A DNA stretch of 64,000 nucleotides from Macrostomum hystrix (GCA_950097015.1 CATNEN010000038.1:24738001-24802000); one strand, 5' to 3'. Counted from the first letter of the stretch, positions 12,401-25,478 are shown. A program made the numbers and translations. Notes: generated by a model not told the origin, from the letters alone.

Positions 12401-14366
12401 CTGATCACGGGCTCAATGCCCGAGAATAATGACATTGCCCGTCACGACCTGCACTGGCACTGCTGGTGTCGTTTGCCTCATTGTTTTTGATTGCCCATCA
12501 ACGTAAAAAGAATGGCTTCTAAAATTTAAGACGTGTGGTATTGTGGCTTTGAGAAATGTGTTGCATTTTTGGTTTTGACGTTTTGGAAAGTTTATTGATG
12601 AGGCCGAAGCATTAAAAGGCCTTGCATTATAGCAGGTAACGCATTCGAACTACAGCCCACATCATCCTCAGCAAAAGCTGTGTATTTTGAAAAGGGTGGC
12701 AGAAGCAAGTATTGCGACTGGAATTATGATAATTATTTGCCACGGTAGGTAATTAACAATGCAATTCCATACTATTTGCCGCGCCTACACATTACTTTCC
12801 TTTGGCAAGAAATGTCTGGTTTGTATGTGTATGTGCACATTTGTGGATAGAATTAGAATGTGTCGAGTCCCCAGAATTCCAAGTTCCGCAACAGTTCAGT
12901 CCGCAACAGTTCAGTCCGCAACAGTTCAGTTCAGTCCGCAACAGTTCAGTCTGCAACAGTTCAGTTCAGTCCGCAACAGTTCAGTCCGCAACAGTTCAGT
13001 CCGCAACAGTTCAGTCCGCAACAGTTCAGTTCAGTCCGCAACAGTTCAGTTCAGTCCGCAACAGTTCGGTCCGCAACAGTTCAGTTCAGTCCGCAACAGT
13101 TCAGTTCAGTCCGCAACAGTTCAGTTCAGTCCGCAACAGTTCGGTCCGCAACAGTTCAGTCCGCAACAGTTACACCGGCACAAATTCCAGTCACCTTCGA
13201 AAGGTAAATACATAAATTAGGAAAAGGGCAAGAAAATTGATGGAAATGCTGAGTATTGGAAATACTACCGGAAATACATTCGCGGAAAAACTCCTGCGGG
13301 CAAATCTCGGCGGGCAATTCGTGTGGGGGCAATTCTCGTGCTGCCATAAATTCTTATAATTTTTTAGAACAGCAACTTTTCTAGTCATTTTTCATTCTTG
13401 ACGCTTTAGTTTACGCTAATTTAATGAGCTTGAGTTTTTTTCTGACAGAGCTAAACAATAAAGCAAGTTCTTAAATTAAATGTCGTCACTAAAACCTGTG
13501 GAAAGGCTGCGCCAACAGAACCACTCCAGTGGAAGACCATTCAGGCAGCATCTTCGTGCTGAACACGACACTAAAGCTATCGCCGACAGTGATAAACTGA
13601 TAGTCTTCCAGATTCGGTGTCTCGTAAGTCAGTGGCGGCTTCAAACGGTCAGCATCTGCGGGAGACGCATCGACGGAGTTGACAAACTCTACGGAGGCTG
13701 AATAGGCCTTTAAACTAGCATCGACAACGGACACAAGCCAACGGTGCTTCTTGCTGCTGTTGATACCGTCTTGGAATCTGATGCGCATCTCGCAGCGCTG
13801 ATTCGGATGCAGATATCGATAGAGCGGATGCTTCAGGTGCAACTTGATTGCCTGGCTGGCCACAATGTCCTGCGGTTCCTGCGTTTCATTTTTAAACACG
13901 GGGTGGGTGCTTGCTAGTACCTGTACTCTACTCTTGTAGACATGCTATTGGATCAAGTTCGATGGAGGGCTAAGTGCTACAACATATGTACCGAAACTTC
14001 AAAAAATTTCTTTTTTTATCTCTTCTTGTTTCGGTCTCCCAGTCCCCAATGGAGTCTTTGTCTCGAGTGACTAATTTGCAAGCAGAGACAAAGCACAGTC
14101 AAAACATCTAGGTACGTATGTACACACAAAACACCTTTGTGCCTAGATGTTGAAGCATTTCGAAAAGGTCTCGCATTCATTATATTAAGCGACTGCCATA
14201 ATGAACAGATGAACAGAACAGTAAACTAAATATTTTTACGCCAGTATAGCAACTTTGAAATGCTTACCTTTCCTTCTAGACAGGCATAACTGGTCGGAAC
14301 CTGCCCGTCGCAAAGGGAGATAACTACAGTGGCTGTTAGCAGAATGCTAGTCTTGAAGTCCAGCAT
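9472..14366 (-). CDS. Single-pass membrane protein: signal peptide + CUB-like domain + C-type lectin domain + TM (exons 14268-14366, 13496-13920, 10475-10762, 9472-9757)
   Basis: Phase-consistent GT-AG junctions. Signal peptide MLDFKTSILLTATVVISLCDG; CPAGWF..CY and YWVG...C...C...RYIC C-type lectin motifs; hydrophobic IAFIVQAVLLFLIIIIW followed by a Cys/Arg cluster. Confidence 0.75.
9900..10310 (+). mobile_element. tRNA-derived SINE family B
   Basis: A-box tagctcagtcag, B-box ggttcgactcc, central cccttggcaag...actcagctgcaaatgagtacc domain and (ATT)n tail. Confidence 0.75.
11648..11997 (-). mobile_element. SINE family A, near full-length
   Basis: On the - strand: tRNA-like head ggcagagcggttaacgcg...gagcttgattcc, the family body and an (ATT)n tail. 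Confidence 0.75.
12030..12300 (+). mobile_element. tRNA-derived SINE family C
   Basis: Shares aaatgggtaccagcat...gtgtggcgtcccccagtccatggactg...gcagccttcagatgcg with 18490-18785 and 23855-24148. Confidence 0.7.
12305..13345. mobile_element. Non-autonomous TIR DNA transposon (MULE-like) carrying an internal minisatellite
   Basis: ~45 bp TIRs gagaattgccccacacgaattgcccgccgagatttgccc and its reverse complement at 13298-13338. The flanks atcaatact and ataaattct match 7/9, consistent with a decayed 9 bp TSD. Confidence 0.7.
12885..13170. repeat. Minisatellite (tcagtccgcaacagt; 15/20-mer variants)
   Basis: Tandem array read directly from the sequence. Confidence 0.95.
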
Positions 14367-15008
14367 GCTATAGCGATGCACCACGAGGTAGATTAGAATT
14401 TTTATCAATTTATTTTATCTCTGACGAAAATGTTTGGCCTTCTGTATCAAAGCTCTTTGCTCGAGAGCGCGTCGAGGTTTAGTGGGGCTGACGTTGGTCC
14501 TAAACTAGTTCATCTCGCTTTCACAACGAACAGGCCAGACTTTAAAAGAAGCGAACGCAGAAATTTCCAAGAATTATCCTGTAAAACAGTAAAAATTCCA
14601 TTGAACAAGTACACAAATTGAACTGCACACAAAACGCACATACATTTGCACACAGAAAGAAATATTATTTATAGAATACCAACATCCTCCACAATGTCCA
14701 AACGTACCCTACTCTCTAAAATTCCTTCCCCCCTGTCCTATCTTTTTACTGTCTTTTAACTGTACACTGTGCATGGCAGTGTGTACTTTTAGTTGTGCAA
14801 AAGCAGCGACTAATAAATTTCCTGCCACGCAGCAATGCATAGCTGCAATCAGTGTACATGCATATTCTGTGTGCGTGTATATCAAAGCACAAGTTTTAAA
14901 GCTACTGCTACATATAACCTAGCTGCAATTAAAGGCTGCAATGCATGCGTTTCAGTTCAGATTTTAAATAGTCTCGCTATCTATCTTCTAGGGGGAAAAG
15001 TTTAACTT

Positions 15009-18000
15009 ATGATCAAAATGAAGCCAAAAATTGCTGTCATCGGTGCTGGGATTATTGGCGTCTCGTCTGGCCTTCGAATCCTCCAGGCCATACCGCAGGC
15101 CGATGTGACAATCTTTGCTGAAAGTGTCTCACCTGGCACCACTAGCGACGTTGCCGCCGGCTTCTGGGGACCGTCCTTCCTGAGCGACACGCCACACGAG
15201 TTGGTCATGTAAATTGCCGATTGGTTAATTATAATTTTTAATGCTGTATTTATGGACCAGGAGAAATGCAGTGCTCGATGGCATTAGTGGCTGTTTTGGC
15301 TGTTTGGCTGTAGTGGCTGTAGTGGCTGTTTTGGCTGTAGTGGCTGTAGTGGCTGTAGTGGCTGCTTTGGCGATAGTGGCTGTTTTGGCGAGAGTGGCTG
15401 TTTTGGCTGTAGTGGCTGTTTTGGCTGTAGTGGCTGTTTTGCTGTAGTTGCTGTTTTGGCTGTTTGGCTGTAGTGGCTGTTTTGGCTGTAGTGGCTGTTT
15501 TGCTGTAGTTTCTGTTTTGGCTGTAGTGGCTGTTTTAGCTGTAGTGGCTGTTTTAGCTGTAGTGGCTGTTTTGGCTTTAGTGGCTGTTTTGGCTGTTTGG
15601 CTGTAGTGGCTATTTTGGCTGTAGTGGCTGTTTGGCTGTAGTGGCTGTTTGGCTGTAGTGGCTATTTTGGCTGTAGTGGCTGTTTTGCTGTAGTTTCTGT
15701 TTTGGCTGTAGTGGCTGTTTTAGCTGTAGTGGCTGTTTTAGCTGTAGTGGCTGTTTTGGCTTTAGTGGCTGTTTTGGCTGTTTGGCTGTAGTGGCTGTTT
15801 TGGCTGTAGTGGCTGTTTTGGCTGTAGTGGCTGTTTGGCTGTAGTGGCTGTTTTGCCGATAGTGGCTGTTTTGGCTGTAGTGGCTTTTTTGGCTGTAGTG
15901 GCTGTTTTGGCTGTAGTGGCTGTTTTGGCTGTAGTGGCTGTTTTGGCTGTAGTGGCTGTTTGGCTGTAGTGGCTGTTTTGCCGATAGTGGCTGTTTTGGC
16001 TGTAGTGGCTGTTTTGGCTGTAGTTGTTTTATTGACTTTTGTGTCTTTTCTGACTACAAAAGATTGTGGCTGTAGACTGCGACTGTTTGACTCCAAAGAG
16101 CATTTACTCAATAAAATTATTACTATCCTCAAAGAAACAATCATATGCTTTAATGCAATCTTTGCAGCTCTTGGAGCAAAGAGACCTATGATCTCCTGGT
16201 GCAGCTTGCCAAGTCGGACCCGGAGTCTGGCCAGTTCGGAGTGTTCCTGGCGCCCGGATTTGAGCTGTTCAGCGTTGAAGATCCCGGTGTTAGTGGGAGC
16301 ATTGTCTGAACTTCTGGTTCACCCCTTCATAAAGTGCTCATCTTACACCTGTATCTAACGTATTACAGTCCTATCTAACAAGTTAAAACCCTGCCGAATA
16401 TCTTACAGTCTTATCTAACATGTTACAGTCTTATCTAACATGTTATAGTCTTATCTAACACGTTTTATAGATAGATCCCGTTTTACAGCCTTATCTAACA
16501 TTGTGCAGTTTTATCTAACACGTTATAGTATTATCTAACAGGTTATAGACTTGTCTAACATGTTAAAGTTTTGTCTAACCTGTAATAGTCTTATCTAACG
16601 TGTTATAGTCTTATAAAACACGCTATAGTAGTATCTAACATGTTACAGTCTCATTTACCATGTTAAAGCCTTGCCAAACATGTTACTGTCTCATGTAACA
16701 TTTTACAAGAAATATCTCATCCCTTCTGCTACTAAATCTGAACAGACTCGCTACTGGTCCCACATACCGATCGATTTCCGACGCGCTACATCCGCGGAGC
16801 TGTCATTGTTTCCGAGCCGGATCAAAAGCGGGTTCTACTTTATATCGGCGGTGGCCGAGGGCTCAAAAATAATTCCGCACATGACTGCTCAGTGAGTCTT
16901 GTTTCGCTTGAGTGAAAACTGAGCGCGAGTACGAGTAAAAATACTTGTTAAGATAACTTTCATATATTAAAAAGCCGTCTATTTTTGTCTATCAGGTGAA
17001 ATTATCACAGGCAGGTTAATTATTGTGTCTAACAGGTTAGATTACTACGAACAGGTTTAATATTGTGTGTAACATGTTAGATAATCACGAACAGGATTAT
17101 TATCGTGTCTAACAGTTTTGATTAATACGTACAGATTTTTATTGTCGGTTCTAACAGGTTAGGTTATTACGATTGTAGAAAATGATATAATCTGGTACAA
17201 ATATCAGGCTATTTATATCTTCAACAAACTTCAGGTTCAAAGCACTCGGTGGTAAGCTAGTGGAAAATCACAAAGTGAACTCATTTGACGAGTTGCAAAA
17301 GCTGGGCTACAACAGAATTGTCAACTGCACTGGACTGGGTGCTATGAAACTCTGTGGCGACAATAAGATGTTCCCAATTAGGGGACAGGTGCACAGGGTG
17401 GCGGCACCGTTTCTCAAGTTCTGGTTTAACAGCGACGATGGCACCTACTGCCTGATGAAGTGAGTGTAGTATCACTTTCTATACCTACCTAATCTACCTG
17501 CCATGCACATCACATCAACGAAAGGATCCGCTCACCTAATTGTGAAATTTCACACCTCCGTTATTCATAGTCACTCACGCTTAATCACTTGTTTCTCACA
17601 CCTGCCTTATCTATACTCCACTCTGACTTCACTGCTAACTCTAATATATGCATAACTCTAACGCTGACAAATTACTGACTTCTGTCACCTGCCTTATCTA
17701 GTAGCCACCTCACACCTAATTACTGACTCCTCACTCTTACCTTATCTTCCCGCACACCTTTGATTTCGCCGCCTTAGCACGAACTACGCAGTGCTGGGCG
17801 GAGTAGCTCAAAAGGGCAACTGGGATATGAAGGTCTCCGAGGCTGACAAGGCCGGCATCCTAGCTAGAAACTACGCCCTTTGGCCGGCTCTAAAGTCTGC
17901 TCCAGTGGTGACGGATCAGGTCGGACTAAGGCCCGGGCGAGACACAGTCCGACTGGCGAGAGAAACGGTTGGGCAGTGTACGGTGAGTTTCTACAATCCT

Positions 18001-19414
18001 ACAGCATAAAAACTTATATTTCTGCTTTAAGTAGTATGAATTTCTATTAATGATTTTTATACTCGTATTCTTTAAGAGTGAATTCGTTTCTTGGCAAAGA
18101 AGTGCAGTCCAAATGCCGTTCTAGGCCATAGACAACGATTTCAAGTCGAGGTTATAATAATGGAGGAAGGAATATGCTCTTTCCTCCATGGTTAAAATAT
18201 TTAAAATTAGAAAGATCACTCCATTTTCCTTTCAGGGAAATACCACGGGGATATTTTAAACAGCCACTGCCTTATTCACTATAGCTCCAAACCTAATGAC
18301 CGATTTTCGTGAAGGTTTATCACATGGATCAAACTTTTCATCCCGTATACGATGAAACAACTTTCAATGCTGTCCGACGTCAACATCTTCGAGGTATTCA
18401 TCGATTCTTGTCGAAGACCCTGGTGGCAACTAAACATTGCTCTTTGATAACCTCTATAACGAATCCTTATAAGTTTAATAATATAGAGGTTGTAGCCTTG
18501 TGATTAGAGCGTCGGACTCAAGGGTTGAAGGTCGAGGGTTCGATTCCTGACTCCACTGAAACAATTTGTGTCCATTAGCAGGACACTTAACTCAGCATTG
18601 CTTCAGTTCACACAGCAGTCAAATGGGTACCAGCATCAGCTGGGGTAATGGAAGGTGGGTGTGGCGTCCCCCCAGTCTATGGACTGAACAGCTGTACGCA
18701 GCCTTCAGATGCGCCACGCAATTGCTGTGGCTGTGCTGTCGGCTGCACATCTGGCCTAAGTGGGGTATGTGTAATAAATTTTTCTAATTATTAATATTTA
18801 TGATAAACAAATTAAGAATACAATTGATTCAATATATAATTAACAATAATAACATACTTGGTTACATGATGAAATTTTGTGAGCACAAACATTTATCCCA
18901 TATTGTTGGTTTTTGCCACCATAAACCCCCGACGAGAAACGTTGAATATCTCGACGATTTTGATGTTTTGTGATTCTGGAAGTTGTTTAACCGTATAAAG
19001 GGGAGAATTTTAGCTCGTTTTCTGCATTTTAATGACGATTGGTTGAATATTTTGGGAGTTGCAGAAGAGAAAGAAGTTTTTTGGTATTGAAATACCCCCT
19101 GGTCTAATCTACTGTGAATCGCCATTTAGCTCGACCAATAGACAAAGATAACTGGCCGTATCGGTTAATGCTGGATTAATGCTTTCAATGTCTACAGTCT
19201 ATGGTCAAGGTTATTTACCAGAGTCATGCTGCGTATTTATCCATGTAGATGGAAATTTGATGAGACCATATTTTCTCACCATTCCGTGCAGATTTATCAC
19301 AACTACGGGCACGGTGGCTCCGGCTTGACCACGTTCTGGGGCTGCGCCGGGGACATTGTGAAGCTGTTGCAGAAGGATCTGCTGACAGATCTGTCCAGTG
19401 CTAGCCGGCTATAA
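15009..19414 (+). CDS. DAO: D-amino-acid oxidase / D-aspartate oxidase family (exons 15009-15208, 16168-16288, 16746-16891, 17235-17459, 17778-17982, 19292-19414)
   Basis: IAVIGAGIIG FAD-binding motif, TTSDVAAG, IVNCTGLGA, PIRGQV, VGLRPGR, HNYGHGGSG and a C-terminal PTS1 (SRL). All five introns are GT-AG and in phase. Confidence 0.93.
15285..16030. repeat. 18-mer minisatellite (gtggctgttttggctgta) in DAO intron 1
   Basis: Tandem array built from 9-mer subunits. Confidence 0.95.
16350..16705. repeat. Degenerate 20-mer minisatellite (gtcttatctaacatgttaca) in DAO intron 2
   Basis: Tandem array; related tctaacaggtt repeats occur in intron 3 (~17005-17170). Confidence 0.85.
18490..18785 (+). mobile_element. 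tRNA-derived SINE family C
   Basis: Head gtagccttgtgattagagcgtcggactc...ggttcgattcc followed by the family body. Confidence 0.78.
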
Positions 19415-20599
19415 TTTAGTAAATGTGCCGAATTCGTTTTAGTAGAGTGAAGTGAACATTCAGCTGAAAATTAAGCAAGTGTGGCTATAAAAACACAAAA
19501 TTACTTTGAGAAATAAGGAAATCAGCCTAGAATTCTGTTTTTACCTCTAAAAGGATCACTTGCAGCAAAGAGGCATACAAATCTTCCACTAAATGTTGAC
19601 GACTGTCTGATCAAACATTTTTTATCAATACAATTTTTATAATACTACTTTATACACTACTTTTTTATTTCCTTTCCTCTCAGTAGTATCTAATTTATAC
19701 AATTTTGTCCAATTTAAATCAATATTTGTGTTCAGCTTAACGAAAAATTGAAGAATATACTCAATCGTTTGCTACAATTTGTTTAGTTCAAACATTTTTG
19801 GCACTCTTTTAGGCCATCGGGATATTTTCCGGTGTTAATTATATCACTTTATAAACAAATTATTTTAAACGCTTATGATATACGCTAGCTCTTATGGGAA
19901 TAATCTGAAGTTCGGCAAGAACGGTTGAATATTTCAAGGGCTGAAGGGCTGGCGTCTTGATTCTTGTTTCAGAAGATGCGCAGCAAAAAGTTGGCCCGTG
20001 TTCTTAAGTTTCGACTTTTTTCGTTGCTCTGTTCGGGTGCAGCAAAAATGTGGCCTATCAGAGTATTTTAGCCACAAAGCATCAGGTTGGTATTGAACGA
20101 ATTTAAGCAAAGTTGGCAGTCGAAGGCATTCAATTCCTCCTCGCGCACACCTTCGCGCTTCGGTGAGCACGGACCGCGAGGTGACGGCGGATGGCAGGGG
20201 TAGATCCTCATGGCTGTTGGGGAGGGTGGGAGAGAAGCGAGGGAGGGAGAGGGAGGATCGTCAATCGTCGATCTCGATCGGCATTAAATCAAAAATATTT
20301 AAGAAGGCAATTTATGCGCCGAGTGAGTGCTGGGCTGGTTGAGTCGAGGGATCTTAGCGGCTGTAAATCATGCGTGTCTCTTTCACAAATTCCCCCCCCC
20401 CAAACGATATTCAGCAGTGTAGACCGTTCCGATCCCTTCTTATCTGACGCTACCAGAATTTCTCCTGGGGATCGAGGCCGGGGCAGGGAATTCCTGGGAA
20501 GATAAAAAATTGTGAATTTATTTTAGAAAGTGTTATAAAAGCGCCCGGATAGACTGGAAAGAGTATTCTAGAATTTTTTGAGACACATTTTTTAACAGA

Positions 20600-23500
20600 A
20601 TGGACTTATCAACGAGATCTAACTCGAAAGAAGAATCCTTCAACCAGCTGGCCAGCAAGTTTGGGCAACACCAGACTACCCAATCTGATCTGAAAAACAG
20701 GTTTGCAAGCTCAGCATTGTTCATGCTGAGACCATTCAGTGCGTCTATGACCCATTCTTTGTGTATCTACTAATAACCTTTCTTTGTGTATCTACTATGA
20801 CCATGTCTTGTGTGTCAACTATGACCATGTCTTGTGTGTCAACTATGACCATGTCTTGTGTGTCAACTATGACCATGTCTTGTGTGTCAACTATGACCCT
20901 CTCTTGTGTGTCAAGTATGACCATGTCTTGTGTGTCAACTATGACCCTGTCTTGTGTGTCAACTATGACCATGTCTTGTGTGTCAACTATGACCATGTCT
21001 TGTGTGTCAACTATGACCATGTCTTGTGTGTCAACTATGACCCTCTCTTGTGTGTCAAGTATGACCATGTCTTGTGTGTCAACTATGACCCTGTCTTGTG
21101 TGTCAACTATGACCATGTCTTTTGTGTCAACTATGACCTTGTCTTGTGTGTCAACTATGACCATGTCTTGTGTGTCAACTATGACCCTCTCTTGTGTGTC
21201 AAGTATGACCATGTCTTGTGTCAACTATGACCATGTCTTGTGTGTCAACTATGACCCTGTCTTGTGTGTCAACTATGACCATGTCTTGTGTGTCAACTAT
21301 GACCCTCTCTTGTGTGTCAAGTATGACCATGTCTTGTGTCAAGTATGACCATGTCTTGTGTGTCAACTATGACCCTCTCTTGTGTGTCAAGTATGACCCT
21401 GTCTTGTGTGTCAACTATGACCCTGTCTTGTGTGTCAACTATGACCATGTCTTGTGTGTCAACTATGACCATGTCTTGTGTGTCAACTATGACCCTCTCT
21501 TGTGTGTCAACTATGACCATGTCTTGTGTCAAGTATGACCATGTCTTGTGTGTCAACTATGACCATGTCTTGTGTGTCAACTATGACCCTCTCTTGTGTG
21601 TCAAGTATGACCATGTCTTGTGTCAAGTATGACCATGTCTTGTGTGTCAACTATGACCCTGTCTTGTGTGTCAACTATGACCCTGTCTTGTGTGTCAACT
21701 ATGACCATGTCTTGTGTGTCAACTATGACCATGTCTTGTGTGTCAACTATGACCATGTCTTGTGTGTCAACTATGACCATGTCTTGTGTGTCAACTATGA
21801 CCATGTCTTGTGTGTCAACTATGACCCTGTCTTGTGTGTCAACTATGACCATGTCTTGTGTGTCAACTATGACCATGTCTTGTGTGTCAACTATGACCAT
21901 GTCTTGTGTGTCAAGTATGACCATGTCTTGTGTCAAGTATGACCATGTCTTGTGTGTCAACTATGACCCTGTCTTGTGTGTCAACTATGACCATGTCTTG
22001 TGTGTCAAGTATGACCCTGTCTTGTGTGTCAACTATGACCCTCTCTTGTGTGTCAACTATGACCCTGTCTTGTGTGTCAACTATGACCCTGTCTTGTGTG
22101 TCAACTATGACCCTGTCTTGTGATTCTAGTATGACCCTTTCTTGTGTATCTACTATGACCCTTTCTTGTGTGTCAACTATGAACCTTTCTTGTGTGTAAA
22201 CCATGACCCTGTCTTGTGATTCTAGTATGACCCTCTCTTGTGTGTTAACTATGACCCTTTCTTGTGTGTCAACTATGAACCTTTCTTGTGTGTCAACAAT
22301 GAACCTTTCTTGTGTGTCAACTATGACCATGTCTTGTGTGTCAACTATGACCATGTCTTGTGTGTCAACTATGACCATGTCTTGTGTGTCAACTATGACC
22401 ATGTCTTGTGTGTCAAGTATGACCATGTCTTGTGTGTCAAGTATGACCATGTCTTGTGTGTCAACTATGACCCTGTCTTGTGTGTCAACTATGACCATGT
22501 CTTGTGTGTCAAGTATGACCCTGTCTTGTGTGTCAACTATGACCCTCTCTTGTGTGTCAACTATGACCCTGTCTTGTGTGTCAACTATGACCCTCTCTTG
22601 TGTGTCAACTATGACCCTCTCTTGTGTGTCAACTATGACCCTGTCTTGTGTGTCAACTATGACCCTGTCTTGTGATTCTAGTATGACCCTTTCTTGTGTA
22701 TCTACTATGACCCTTTCTTGTGTGTCAACTATGAACCTTTCTTGTGTGTAAACCATGACCCTGTCTTGTGATTCTAGTATGACCCTCTCTTGTGTGTTAA
22801 CTATGACCCTTTCTTGTGTGTCAAGTATGACCATGTCTTGTGTGTCAACTATGACCATGTCTTGTGTGTCAACTATGACCATGTCTTGTGTGTCAACTAT
22901 GACCATGTCTTGTGTGTCAACTATGACCATGTCTTGTGTGTCAAGTATGACCATGTCTTGTGTGTCAAGTATGACCATGTCTTGTGTGTCAACTATGACC
23001 ATGTCTTGTGTGTCAACTATGACCATGTCTTGTGTGTCAAGTATGACCCTGTCTTGTGTGTCAACTATGACCCTCTCTTGTGTGTCAACTATGACCCTGT
23101 CTTGTGTGTCAACTATGACCCTCTCTTGTGTGTCAACTATGACCCTCTCTTGTGTGTCAACTATGACCCTGTCTTGTGTGTCAACTATGACCCTGTCTTG
23201 TGATTCTAGTATGACCCTTTCTTGTGTATCTACTATGACCCTTTCTTGTGTGTCAACTATGAACCTTTCTTGTGTGTAAACCATGACCCTATCTTGTGAT
23301 TCTAGTATGACCCTCTCTTGTGTGTTAACTATGACCCTTTCTTGTGTGTCAACTATGAACCTTTCTTGTGTGTCAACAATGAACCTTTCTTGTGTGTCAA
23401 CTATGACCCTTTCTTTGTGTATCTACTAGCTCGTATGACCCTGTCTTGTGTGTCAACTATGACCCTCTCTTGTGTGTCAACTATGACCCTCTCTTGTGTG

Positions 23501-24530
23501 TCAACTATGACCCTGTCTTGTGTGTCAACTATGACCCTGTCTTGTGATTCTAGTATGACCCTTTCTTGTGTATCTACTATGACCCTTTCTTGTGTGTCAA
23601 CTATGAACCTTTCTTGTGTGTAAACCATGACCCTGTCTTGTGATTCTAGTATGACCCAATCTTGTGTGTTAACTATGACCCTTTCTTGTGTGTCAACTAT
23701 GAACCTTTCTTGTGTGTCAACAATGAACCTTTCTTGTGTGTCAACTATGACCCTTTCTTTGTGTATCTACTAGCTCGTATGACCCTGTATTGTGTGTCTA
23801 CTTGTTTTTACAAGACTATATCTTGTGTCTTCTATGGCCCATTTATAATACACCTAATAATTATAAGTTACACCTGCATCAATTTAGCCAGATGTGCAGC
23901 CGCAGCTATTGCGCGGCGCATCTGAAGGCTGCGTACGGCTGTTCAGTCCATGGACTGGGGGGATGCCACACCTACCCTCAATTACCCCAGCTGATGCTGG
24001 TACCCATTTAACAGCTGGGTGAACTGAAGCAATACAGAGTTAAGTGTCATGCTAAAGGACAAAAATTGTTCCAGTGAAACCGGGAATCGAATCCCCGACC
24101 TCCAAGTCGCGAGTCTGACGCTCAAACCACAACTCAGGCTACAAGCCACAACCCCGTTCTGTTTGACAGGTCTCCCATACAGCTCGGACCGCAGCAGCCG
24201 CACTCACAGAGCAGACTGGCAGCTGCGCCTAGAATTCAAAGCCAATCCCGGCAGCATCAGCAGCAGCCGCGCAAGAAGTGTTTCACCAACAGTCGCGAGC
24301 GTCAGCGCCAGCTCAGCGTCAAGGCCGCCTTTTGCGATCTTCGCCGACTGCTGCCGACGCATCCGCCCGACAAGAAGCTGAGCAAAAGCGAAATCCTACG
24401 GTTGGCCATTCGCTACATCAATCTGCTGGACGGCGTGTTGAGGTTCCAGGAGCTGGCCAATAATGGGACTGGCGGCGGCGGAGAAGGCGGCGCCTACGAG
24501 GACTCATTGTCAGCTGGGGACACTGAATGA
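20600..24530 (+). CDS. SCL/TAL-family bHLH transcription factor, 153 aa (exons 20600-20700 and 24170-24530)
   Basis: Exon 2 reads [53 protein letters not shown], the TAL1/TAL2/LYL1 signature. Exon 1 (MDLSTRSN...KNR) joins in phase 2 via AG|gtttgc...gacag|G. Exon 1 is less certain than exon 2. Confidence 0.88.
20745..23815. repeat. ~3 kb 24-mer satellite (ctatgaccatgtcttgtgtgtcaa) with higher-order blocks, inside the SCL/TAL intron
   Basis: About 125 tandem units; blocks of variant units recur. Confidence 0.97.
23855..24148 (-). mobile_element. tRNA-derived SINE family C
   Basis: Reverse complement of the 18490 family, ending just before the exon-2 acceptor. Confidence 0.75.
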
Positions 24531-25478
24531 GAATTTTAGAAGTCTACAAGTTGTCGCTAAGTTTTTCTCGTACATTCAGAGCTTTATGAGTTAATCACGC
24601 ACATGTTTTAACTTTTATGTAGTTTGTTGTGAGTTTTTATAATATCAGTCGCTTTTTTTCTCGGTTTGAAATTGTATTTATTTTTAAAATAGCCCTTATA
24701 TTTTTCAGCGATTTCCAGCTTTTTACCCTCTGCAACAGCCTACTGTTAGTAGAATATCAGGCAATGAAAAAATCTAATATACGATAGCATACTAAAAATA
24801 TATATTGATACAAATACAGTTTGTGGAACAATTTATTTTATAAAGCATCAGCTGATCTACTTAAGAAAAGCTTAATATGAAAGCGAATTAGAAACGCAAC
24901 TACATAGCACATGACAGTATAAGACTGTTTCAAATTTTTCTTTGCTTTTGCGTCTCATATACGGAGTTAGGTAAAGATTAACAATTAAAACTGTAAAAAA
25001 TTGAATCAAATGTTTTTAAGGGGTGAAATATATACTCTGTTTTAAAACTTTAGTTTAAATTTATTCGGTTGCATCCTATAATTAGTAGATCGTCGATCGG
25101 ACTCACTTCAAGGTTACTTAGTTGAGGACTGAACAGTCGTATACACCCGAGGGCTATTAGCTGCTCATTAACCTAATTTGGGCAGTTGCAATGTATTATA
25201 ATTAACCTAATATGGTGCTTCTTGCCACTTTATTGTCATTTCTGAATCTTTATAAAAAGGGTTTAATTAGTTTGTGCTACCACTAGTCGTTAGTACCACC
25301 ATACGTTTAAATTTCACACAATGCAATAAAATCAACGTAAGGATCGTTGCTAAAAACATATATTACCGTGAGTTTTCACACTACTGCAGCTGTGTACAAA
25401 TCGAATTGGGCACATCTAGAATAGACAAAATAAACGTCAGTGCTATTACAATTAGCGTCCTTGAGAGCTGTAAGATCG

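Noticed and set aside
20745-23815. CRISPR-like array or repeat proteins ([16 protein letters not shown] ORFs)
   Set aside because: Contiguous 24-mers with no unique spacers and no cas genes. The ORFs are by-products of a stop-poor unit inside an intron.
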